The translations under genes and the position numbers were made by a program. The notes under the pieces are model-generated. The model saw only the letters and a list, made by a program, of their open reading frames with translations, did no database searches and was not told the origin of the DNA. A DNA stretch of 64,000 nucleotides from Candidatus Kerfeldbacteria bacterium (GTDB taxonomy: Bacteria > Patescibacteriota > Patescibacteriia > UBA9570 > XYC2-FULL-38-9), in contig JBDRKW010000020.1 of assembly GCA_043813585.1 (NCBI GenBank), positions 1,185-65,184 of the forward strand, in the 5' to 3' direction. This document shows positions 1 to 7,241 of the stretch, piece after piece; within the stretch, counting starts at the first letter, position 1; the number at the start of each line of letters is the position of its first letter.

Positions 1-223
1 CCACACCGACAGCTACGTGTGGGTGACGGGTCCGGATCGGTTCATGTATGACCTCGAGGCGTACGAGGTCCTGGTGGATCCGGGCGAGGCGATCTTCGTC
101 TTCCGGTTCCTGGATGGGACCACGGTGGAGCTCGTGCAGGTGGACGTCGTCACCCACCTGACCGACTGTACGTGGTGCGACCCGAACGGGTTCCACGACG
201 TGCAGATCCACGACGCCGAGTAG
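1..223 (+). CDS. 3' end (partial) of acidic high-GC protein, paralog of 486-1130 and 1461-2276
   Basis: Frame open from base 2 (HTDSYVWVTG..DLEAYEV..FRFLDGT..VDV.T). Aligns by eye with the C-terminal domain of 1461-2276 (HTPTYVYITG..DLEAYEA..WRWLDGT..VDVQT). Confidence 0.8.
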   Translation, partial: HTDSYVWVTGPDRFMYDLEAYEVLVDPGEAIFVFRFLDGTTVELVQVDVVTHLTDCTWCDPNGFHDVQIHDAE

Positions 224-243
224 ACGGCGTCAACAACGAACAC

Positions 244-287
244 GGACCAATCTGCCCATGACACGGGTGGTGCGGTCCTCTTTTTTT
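244..287 (+). terminator. Rho-independent terminator
   Basis: GGACC..TGCCC/GGGTG..GGTCC stem followed by a T7 tract just after the stop at 223. Confidence 0.7.
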
Positions 288-306
288 ACTGAAATACCGG
301 TGGGTC

Positions 307-335
307 TTGACCAATCCGCCGGCGTTTACTAAGAT
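307..335 (+). promoter_or_regulatory. sigma70-type promoter
   Basis: TTGACC-17 bp-TAAGAT upstream of the ATG at 486. Confidence 0.65.
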
Positions 336-373
336 TCAATGTCCCTTCAAAACAGCGGATGCAAAGCCACATT

Positions 374-471
374 ATGGCGGGAAAAAGCCTTAGGTTCGCA
401 ACGAACATAGTGCGTTTTCCCTTCATGGCAATAGCCAAGCGGTCCACTTAACGGATCCGAAGGGAGTGGTC
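374..471 (+). ncRNA. candidate structured 5' leader, copy 1
   Basis: Long hairpin 374-426 (GGGAAAA/TTTTCCC, GTTCG/CGAAC), short hairpin 441-457, then GAAGGGAGTGGTC. Same architecture as 1346-1442. Confidence 0.55.
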
Positions 472-485
472 GGAAGGAGACAACG

Positions 486-1130
486 ATGACCACCCGCTCT
501 TACTTGATGTCCCTCTTCGCGCTGCTCCTCATCGGAGCGGTGCCGCTGTTCACCTCTTCCTGCGTGCAGGACATCCCGCCGAGCGCCCAGTCGGACGACG
601 ATGCGGCCGATGATGATGCCGCAGATGACGACGCCAGCGACGACGACGCGGCCGGGGATGACGACATGGTCAACCCGCTCGACCAGGACGGCGACGGCTA
701 CATGGTCATGAACGACTGTGATGACGCGGATCCGGACGTCCACCCCGGCGCCGACGAGGTCCTGGGCGACAACGTCGACAATGACTGCGACGGTGAGGGC
801 GCGTGCCAGGAGGTCATTCCGTACGACCTCTGCCCGCCCGACGACGACTGCATCACGGTCGCCGGCCTGGTGCACGCCGCGCCCGGGTACTACCTGTACG
901 TCGCCGACCTCGAACAGATGTTCGGCGGCGAGTGCTACGAGGTGGAGATCCCGCGTGGGACCTCGCTCTGGGTGTGGCGGATCGTCGACTTCGGCACGTG
1001 GGTCGAGACCTACAACGCCGGGTACGACACCGACATGTACCAGTGCGACGACGCCGACCCGCCCGAGGGCTACGACGTCTGTCCCACCGGCGAGTGGGAC
1101 GAGCTCTGGTTCCACGCAGCCGCGATCTGA
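486..1130 (+). CDS. Predicted lipoprotein with Asp-rich linker and MopE-like putative metal-binding motif
   Basis: SD AGGAG at 475-479; hydrophobic signal ending FTSSC (lipobox-like); DDDAA repeats; DQDGDGY..DCDD..PGADE..DNDCDG. Confidence 0.85.
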   Translation: MTTRSYLMSLFALLLIGAVPLFTSSCVQDIPPSAQSDDDAADDDAADDDASDDDAAGDDDMVNPLDQDGDGYMVMNDCDDADPDVHPGADEVLGDNVDNDCDGEGACQEVIPYDLCPPDDDCITVAGLVHAAPGYYLYVADLEQMFGGECYEVEIPRGTSLWVWRIVDFGTWVETYNAGYDTDMYQCDDADPPEGYDVCPTGEWDELWFHAAAI

Positions 1131-1136
1131 CCGTTC

Positions 1137-1185
1137 GGCCCTGTTCTACTGCAATCTCTGCACTAGGACCGGGCCTTCTTTTTTT
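1137..1185 (+). terminator. Rho-independent terminator
   Basis: GGCCC..TGCA/TGCA..GGGCC stem followed by a T7 tract. Confidence 0.7.
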
Positions 1186-1263
1186 ACTAGATAATGGGCT
1201 AAAATTAGCGTTTTAGGCGTTTTTCGTAAGAAGTGGGTGATTATGCCGTATTTTAATTTACCC

Positions 1264-1291
1264 TTGACAAAACTGTATTTTTTGCTATAAT
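1264..1291 (+). promoter_or_regulatory. consensus sigma70 promoter with extended -10
   Basis: TTGACA-16 bp-TATAAT with TGn before the -10. Confidence 0.8.
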
Positions 1292-1345
1292 GGCGGGTCA
1301 ATTTTACGAGGAAGTAGAGTTGGCAATAGTGCTGCCAGAATGATT

Positions 1346-1442
1346 ATGTGGCGGGAGAGTATCCTATTTTTTACTTAAAAAATAGCGTGTTCTCTCTTCA
1401 CATGAAGGGGCCTCAGTCAAAAGGTCCTGTGAAGGGATGGTC
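1346..1442 (+). ncRNA. candidate structured 5' leader, copy 2
   Basis: Long hairpin 1346-1403 (ATGTGG/TCACAT, GGGAGAG/TTCTCTC, CTATTTTTT/AAAAAATAG), short hairpin 1407-1428, then GAAGGGATGGTC. Confidence 0.55.
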
Positions 1443-1460
1443 AAACCAATGGAGGACACC

Positions 1461-2276
1461 ATGACCAATAGCAGCGTTTTCTTCCTGTACTTCAGCCTAT
1501 CGCTGTCCGCCCTCCTCTTCGGAGGGGTGGTCGGGAGCGGATGTGTCTCGGACAACGAGGTCAAGGCCTCGGACGACGACTCCGCGGACGACGACGACTC
1601 CGCCGGGGACGACGACTCCGCCGGGGACGACGACTCCGCCGGGGACGACGACTCGTCCGACGACGACACCACCGGGGACGACGACTCCGCCGGGGACGAC
1701 GACTCGTCCGACGACGACACCACCGGCGACGACGACTCGTCCGACGACGACTCGTCCGACGACGACACCACCGGCGACGACGACTCGTCCGACGACGACA
1801 CCACCGGCGACGACGACACCACCGGGGATGACGACGATTCGACGCCCCCCGTGGACGCGGACGGCGACGGCTACACCGCCGACGTCGACTGCGACGACGG
1901 CAACGCCGAGGTCAACCCTGGCGCGCTGGAGGCGTCCAACGGCGTGGACGACGACTGCGACGGCAGCGTCGATGAGGTGGGCTACGTCCACTACATCGAC
2001 TTCTGCGGTGGCAGCCCCGACTGCTTTACGGCAGCCGCGCTCGTCCACACCCCGACGTACGTGTACATCACGGGCGTGGGGTTCATCGGGGATCTCGAGG
2101 CCTACGAGGCCTGTGTCCCCAACGGCACCGCGTTGGCCGTCTGGCGCTGGCTGGACGGCACCTGGTTCGAGGTCTACACGGTCGACGTGCAGACCGACAT
2201 GTACCCCGTCACCGACATCGACCCGGCCGACTACGGCTGGGACGAGGCCTGGTGGCACGCGGAAGCCATGCCCTAG
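1461..2276 (+). CDS. Predicted lipoprotein with long Asp-rich repeat and MopE-like putative metal-binding motif
   Basis: SD GGAGG at 1451-1455 favours the ATG at 1461; signal ending VGSGC; DADGDGY..DCDD..PGALE..DDDCDG; C-terminal domain shared with the two upstream paralogs. Confidence 0.85.
   Translation: MTNSSVFFLYFSLSLSALLFGGVVGSGCVSDNEVKASDDDSADDDDSAGDDDSAGDDDSAGDDDSSDDDTTGDDDSAGDDDSSDDDTTGDDDSSDDDSSDDDTTGDDDSSDDDTTGDDDTTGDDDDSTPPVDADGDGYTADVDCDDGNAEVNPGALEASNGVDDDCDGSVDEVGYVHYIDFCGGSPDCFTAAALVHTPTYVYITGVGFIGDLEAYEACVPNGTALAVWRWLDGTWFEVYTVDVQTDMYPVTDIDPADYGWDEAWWHAEAMP
1572..1841 (+). repeat. Intragenic 15-18 bp tandem repeats encoding DDDSAG/DDDSS/DDDTTG
   Basis: Repeated GACGACGACTCCGCCGGG, GACGACGACTCGTCC and GACGACGACACCACCGGS units. 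Confidence 0.9.
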
Positions 2277-2361
2277 TCGTCAGGGCGACCGGCGCATCAG
2301 CGGCATATCTGATGCACCATCAGAACGATCCGCCGCCTACCAGCGGCGCTCAAGTACGATG

Positions 2362-2404
2362 GACGGGCCGGATCTCTCACCAGATTCCGGCCCGTTCTTT
2401 TTTT
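2362..2404 (+). terminator. Rho-independent terminator
   Basis: GACGGGCCGGA-TCT/AGA-TTCCGGCCCGTT stem followed by a T7 tract. Confidence 0.85.
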
Positions 2405-2485
2405 ACGAAAAACGCGAACACGTGTAGAATACATGCGCAGGCAGCTTTCCGCTGCATTGACAAAACGCAAAAAAACATGTAGAAT
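2402..2485 (+). promoter_or_regulatory. tandem sigma70 promoters at the start of the glycan locus
   Basis: TTTACG-17-TAGAAT (2402-2430) and TTGACA-17-TAGAAT (2457-2485) with similar spacers. Confidence 0.65.
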
Positions 2486-2512
2486 CCACGGTTTGATACT
2501 AACCATTCCACC

Positions 2513-3541
2513 ATGCCTACAGAGAACAACCCCACAACCACAACCAACGCGCCGCTGCCGGTCGATGCCGTCATCGGCATTACCTATAACTGCAACTCCA
2601 AATGCGTGATGTGCGACATCTGGCAGATGAAGCCGCAGGAAGAGATGACCTTGGCAGATTTTGCCAAAATCCCGACCACGCTCAAAGACGTGAACATCTC
2701 GGGTGGCGAACCGTTTTTGCACAAAGATATTGTCGGCATCATTAAAACCGTGCATGAACGCGTACCCAACGCGCGCATTGTCATCTCCACCAACGGGTTT
2801 GCCACCAAGCTGATCGAAATGCGCATGAAGGAGATCGTGAAGTTCATGCCGAATATCCGCATCAGCATCAGCATCGATGGCATGGAGAAGATGCACGACG
2901 AGATCCGCCGCATCCCGAACGGATTCCAGAAAGCGATGGCCACGCTCGACATGCTCAAGAACATGGGCGTGACCGACATCCGGCTGGCATTTACCGTGAG
3001 CACCATCAACGTTGCAGACCTGCCGAAAGTATACGACCTGGCAAACAAGAAAGGCGTGCAGTTCACCATGGCGTTTGCGCAAAGTTCGGATTTTTACTTT
3101 GGCGGGAAGCAAAACTACGAAAACCCGGACCCGAAACTGCTCAAGCAGGGGTTTCAATACGTCGTTACCTCTGAACTCAAATCGCCCGAACCGAAGCGCT
3201 GGGCGCGTGCGTATTTTGAACATGGCCTCTACCAGTTTGCCACCACCGGTAAGCAGCCGCTGGCCGCAAAACCGGGCACGGACTTTTTCTACCTGGACCC
3301 GACCGGCATCATCTACCCGTCGGTCGTGCATTTCCACAGCATGGGGAATATCAAGGACTATGACACCTTTGAAGAACTCTGGAATGCCGGACAAGCCGAA
3401 GAAGCGCGCGCAGAGGTTGAAAAAGACAAGAAACAATACTGGATGATCTGCACTGCACGGTCGGCAATCCGCCGGCATCCGCTGCAGGTTGGAAAATGGA
3501 TACTCAGGAACAAGCTGATGCCGGGCAACGTCTTAAAATAA
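2513..3541 (+). CDS. Radical SAM protein with degenerate SPASM/twitch-like C-terminus
   Basis: CNSKCVMC (CxxxCxxC), SGGEPF, STNG, SIDG..HDEIR. Confidence 0.9.
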   Translation: MPTENNPTTTTNAPLPVDAVIGITYNCNSKCVMCDIWQMKPQEEMTLADFAKIPTTLKDVNISGGEPFLHKDIVGIIKTVHERVPNARIVISTNGFATKLIEMRMKEIVKFMPNIRISISIDGMEKMHDEIRRIPNGFQKAMATLDMLKNMGVTDIRLAFTVSTINVADLPKVYDLANKKGVQFTMAFAQSSDFYFGGKQNYENPDPKLLKQGFQYVVTSELKSPEPKRWARAYFEHGLYQFATTGKQPLAAKPGTDFFYLDPTGIIYPSVVHFHSMGNIKDYDTFEELWNAGQAEEARAEVEKDKKQYWMICTARSAIRRHPLQVGKWILRNKLMPGNVLK

Positions 3542-3562
3542 CCCTGTCGGCAGAGCATCACC

Positions 3563-4969
3563 ATGATCATAAAAAACATAACAATATACCAGCCCGGCCG
3601 TCCGAGGGACCTCGCCATTATCGCGACCATCTTCTGGCTGGGCGGAATCGGCGCGCTCGCGTTCATCAACCCGCTCTACATGGTGTTTGCCGTTCTCGGC
3701 ACGGCAGCGGTTCTTGTATTCGGCGCCCGGCCTGTGGCTGCGCTCTATGCCATGGCTGCCTCGTACCCCTTCATCCAGCTGGAGATCGTCTACGGCGCCT
3801 TCAACGCGCCGATCGTAGACGTGATCGCCATACTGGCGCTGGCGGCATGGGCGTTCCGCATCCTCTGGTTTCTCATGGTGGACCGGGAGCGGTTGAAAGA
3901 GCTGCGGTTTCCGCTGGTCTGGTTTTACGCGGCATGGGTGATCATCGCCGCATTATCGCTCATTAACACCTGGGACATCGCGCTGAGCTTCAAATACCTT
4001 CTGCGGCCGCTCGCGTTTTTCTACCTGGCCTACGTGTTTGTCACAGTCAACACGATCCTGAACACCAAAACGCTGTGGCGCGTGCTATTCGTTTTATATA
4101 TTGTAGGCATTGCGGTGGCGCTCTACGGCCTGTACGGCTTCTTGACCGTGGACGTCAACTCCTTCCTGGACCGCCGCGTGGTCCCGCTGCCGATTTTCGG
4201 CATGAACCCGCTGGGTGGAAACCAAAATATCATTGCAGACGTGATGGTGACCACCATCCCGATCGGGTTTTTCCTGATGCTTCATATCCGCGGCACCAAG
4301 CGGCAGAAGATGCTGTTTCTGGGCCTGCTGCTGCTGATCGGCGTGAACCTGATGACTTTTTCCCGCAGCGGGTGGCTGGCGCTCATTGTCATGCTCGGCA
4401 CGCTGCTGGTGCTTCAGTACCGCCACTTCCTGAAAAACATTGCGCGCTATACGGTCATCGCATGCATTGTTGCGCTGCCGCTGTTCGGCTACATGTTCCT
4501 GTTTTCTACGCAGGAGCAGGTGCAGAGCTCGAACGTCAACCGCCTGATGCTTAACGACATTGCGCTTGAAATGGTGACCGAATATCCGCTGCTGGGGCAG
4601 GGGGCAGGCACGTTTGTTACGCGCGTAGAGAGCAACCCGCTCTATATCAGGGAATTCGGCGCGCCACTGGATGCGCACGGGTTCATTCAAAAAGTCGCAG
4701 GCGAACTGGGCCTGCTCGGGCTGGCGGCGTACCTGGCGTTCATCGGGGCGGTGCTTTGGTTCATTTACAAGGAATACAGGCGCCATGACCGCGCGGACAA
4801 CTGGTCGTATCTTTTGGCATCGCTGTTGGTGATGGTTGTCGGAACGGTATTTTTCCAGCTGTTCCAAACCTCTTATTTTGTGGCGAAGCTGTGGTTCCCG
4901 GTCGGCGTCGCGATCGCGGCCGTCTACCTGGCGCGGAGGAATACGAAACTTGATATGTCCGGCGTATGA
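3563..4969 (+). CDS. O-antigen ligase/polymerase (Wzy_C) family membrane protein
   Basis: Many TM segments; TFSRSGW, P.LGQGAGTF, DAH...ELGLLG. Confidence 0.85.
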   Translation: MIIKNITIYQPGRPRDLAIIATIFWLGGIGALAFINPLYMVFAVLGTAAVLVFGARPVAALYAMAASYPFIQLEIVYGAFNAPIVDVIAILALAAWAFRILWFLMVDRERLKELRFPLVWFYAAWVIIAALSLINTWDIALSFKYLLRPLAFFYLAYVFVTVNTILNTKTLWRVLFVLYIVGIAVALYGLYGFLTVDVNSFLDRRVVPLPIFGMNPLGGNQNIIADVMVTTIPIGFFLMLHIRGTKRQKMLFLGLLLLIGVNLMTFSRSGWLALIVMLGTLLVLQYRHFLKNIARYTVIACIVALPLFGYMFLFSTQEQVQSSNVNRLMLNDIALEMVTEYPLLGQGAGTFVTRVESNPLYIREFGAPLDAHGFIQKVAGELGLLGLAAYLAFIGAVLWFIYKEYRRHDRADNWSYLLASLLVMVVGTVFFQLFQTSYFVAKLWFPVGVAIAAVYLARRNTKLDMSGV

Positions 4970-6045
4970 ACAAGAGAATTGTTCACATTATCGACAGCCT
5001 CGAAATAGGCGGCGCTGAATGGATCATGGCCGAGCTGGCAACAGGCATGGACCGGTCGGTGTTTGATGTTGAAGTGATATGCCTGACGCAGCCAAAGTCC
5101 AGGGTCATCATGGAGTACCTGAAAAAAGGCGGGGTGCCGGTGCGGATTATCGAGAAGAAGAACAAGCTCGGCATCGGCATGTTCGAGCACCTGACAGATT
5201 TATTGCAGAAAGAACACCCGGAGATCGTCCACACCCACCTGTTTGCCGCCGACGTCTGGGGCGGGATGGCCGCATCTTCTGCGCATGTGCCGGTGATTAT
5301 CTCCACGGAACACGGCGTGAATAAGGATTTCGGCTGGATGAAAAACCGCCTGAAGTGCTGGGTAAACGGCAAACGCGATGCGATCGTAGCAGTATCGGAA
5401 AGCGTGCGGGCGTACGCGCTGGATGCGTGTTCAACAAACACGCCCGACAAAGTGAAGCTCATCCCGAACGGTATTAATATGAAGCGCTTCTACCGCGAAG
5501 CACGCAAGCGTCCCGCGAAAACGCCGGTTATTGCGGTTGTGGGGCGCCTGGAACCGGTCAAAGGGCATGCAGAGCTGCTGGCCGCGCTGCCAAAGGTGAA
5601 AAATGATTACCGTTTGCGCATTGTGGGCAGCGGTTCGCTGCGCGAGAAACTGGAACAGCAGGTAGCAGACCTCGGCCTGCAGGGCCGCGTCACCTTTGAA
5701 AACGCGCGCGAGGATGTGGAGCAGGTCTACGCAGAAGCGGATATTGTGGCGGTGCCGTCATGGTGGGAAGGCCTCGGACTGGTCGCGATTGAGGCGCTTG
5801 CAAGCGGATGTGCAGTGCTGGCCTCTAATGTGGAAGGGCTGCACGACGTGGTGCACGATGAAGAAACCGGCCTGCTGGTGGACATGAACGATCCGGACGC
5901 AGTTGCCTCAAAGCTGGATCGGTTGCTCGAAGACGCGGATTTGCGGTTTGCGCTCACAACAAAAGGCCAACAGCATGTGAAAACGCTTTACAGCCTTGAT
6001 GCGATGGTGGGCGCCTATACAACCCTGTATAATGAGCTGACATGA
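4966..6045 (+). CDS. Glycosyltransferase family 4
   Basis: GGAE, VGRL..VKG, PSWWEGLGLVAIEA. Confidence 0.9.
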   Translation: MNKRIVHIIDSLEIGGAEWIMAELATGMDRSVFDVEVICLTQPKSRVIMEYLKKGGVPVRIIEKKNKLGIGMFEHLTDLLQKEHPEIVHTHLFAADVWGGMAASSAHVPVIISTEHGVNKDFGWMKNRLKCWVNGKRDAIVAVSESVRAYALDACSTNTPDKVKLIPNGINMKRFYREARKRPAKTPVIAVVGRLEPVKGHAELLAALPKVKNDYRLRIVGSGSLREKLEQQVADLGLQGRVTFENAREDVEQVYAEADIVAVPSWWEGLGLVAIEALASGCAVLASNVEGLHDVVHDEETGLLVDMNDPDAVASKLDRLLEDADLRFALTTKGQQHVKTLYSLDAMVGAYTTLYNELT

Positions 6046-7241
6046 AAATACTCCAGGTCAACAAGTTTTTCTATGTGAAAGGCGGGTCAGAGCGCTATTT
6101 CTTTGACGTGAGCAGCGCGCTTGAAGAAGCCGGCCATGAGATCGTCCATTTTTCCATGCAGGATGACCGCAACGAGGAGTCGCCGTACGAAGAATACTTT
6201 ATCCGGAACATCGACTTCACCGGAAAGAAATCCATCAAGAGGGGGGTGCACTATATCTATTCGCTGGAAGCGTCGGAAATGATCAAGCGTCTGGTGAAAA
6301 AAACAAAACCGGACGTGGCGCACCTGCATAACATCGCGCATCAGCTGACGCCGTCGGTCATTGTGATGCTGCAGCAGCAGCAGATCCCCATCGTGCAGAC
6401 GCTCCACGACTACCAACTGATCTGCCCGAACTACCAGATGTTTACGCAAGGGTCGCCGTGCGAGCGGTGCAAGAAACACAAATACTGGAACGCGATCACG
6501 CATACATGCGTTCAGGACTCCAAAGCATCGTCCGCGCTTTCTGCGTTTGAGATGACCTTCCATAACCAGATACTCAAGTCCTACGAATGGGGCGTGAACC
6601 GGTATATCGCGCCGTCCAAGTTCCTCTACACGAAATTGCTGGAATGGGGGATCCGCAAGTCGCAGATCGCCTACCTGCCGCATTTTGTGGAGCGGGAACG
6701 CGATGCAAACATCAGGAAGAAGAACCAGGTCCTGTACGTCGGCCGCCTGTCAAAAGAAAAAGGCGTGCACGTTCTGGTTGATGCGGCAAAAGAACTTCCG
6801 GATGTTGAGGTATTGATAGCAGGCGAGGGTGAGGAGCGCGAAGCAATCGAAGCGAAGATCAAAAAAGACAAACTGAAGAACTGCAAGCTGCTCGGGTATA
6901 AAGTGAAGGATGAACTGGACTGGCTGGTGCAGGAATCGAAAGCAGTCATCGTGCCGTCGCTGTGGTGGGAAAACGCACCCCTGGCCGTGTATGAAGCGCT
7001 GGCGCTGGGAACGCCGGTGATAGGGTCGAATTTCGGCGGATTGGTTGAACTGATCCAGAACGGCAAGAATGGCTATACATTCGAACCGGGCAACCCCGCA
7101 GACCTTGCCAAAAAGGTAGAAATGTTGTTAAATAATGGGTCGATCAAAACCGGAAATAACCGGTTCGGCAGGGAGGAGCATCTACGGAAGTTGGTACGAA
7201 TCTATGAAACAGCCCAGGATCGCACAGCCCCGAAACTCTAA
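6042..7241 (+). CDS. Glycosyltransferase family 4
   Basis: KGGSE, TLHDY, YVGRLSKEKG, PSLWWENAPLAVYEA. Confidence 0.9.
   Translation: MKILQVNKFFYVKGGSERYFFDVSSALEEAGHEIVHFSMQDDRNEESPYEEYFIRNIDFTGKKSIKRGVHYIYSLEASEMIKRLVKKTKPDVAHLHNIAHQLTPSVIVMLQQQQIPIVQTLHDYQLICPNYQMFTQGSPCERCKKHKYWNAITHTCVQDSKASSALSAFEMTFHNQILKSYEWGVNRYIAPSKFLYTKLLEWGIRKSQIAYLPHFVERERDANIRKKNQVLYVGRLSKEKGVHVLVDAAKELPDVEVLIAGEGEEREAIEAKIKKDKLKNCKLLGYKVKDELDWLVQESKAVIVPSLWWENAPLAVYEALALGTPVIGSNFGGLVELIQNGKNGYTFEPGNPADLAKKVEMLLNNGSIKTGNNRFGREEHLRKLVRIYETAQDRTAPKL

Noticed and set aside
355-372. GGATGCAAAGCCAC resembles part of the c-di-GMP-I (GEMM) riboswitch
   Set aside because: No upstream GGCAAA/GNRA P1 hairpin or matching receptor stem, and the segment is absent from the second leader copy.
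1572-1841. CRISPR-like periodic repeats
   Set aside because: In-frame coding tandem repeats with no unique spacers and no cas genes.
1-2276. Diversity-generating retroelement targets
   Set aside because: Paralogs differ at all base types, and there is no TR/VR pair with A-only mismatches and no reverse transcriptase.
224-2404. Integron cassette array
   Set aside because: Intergenic hairpins lack RYYYAAC/GTTRRRY attC ends, the genes have their own promoters and terminators, and no integrase is in the window.
423-2427. Long alternative-frame ORFs (423-1115-, 1364-1822-, 1497-2258-, 1543-2427+)
   Set aside because: Shadow ORFs caused by high GC3 and GAC repeats. The Asp-rich frames have the SD, signal peptide and cross-paralog conservation.
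2513-3541. Radical SAM protein as anaerobic sulfatase maturase for the AlkP proteins
   Set aside because: The AlkP proteins have Thr and no C/SxPxR motif, and the enzyme lacks the SPASM cysteines that maturases need.
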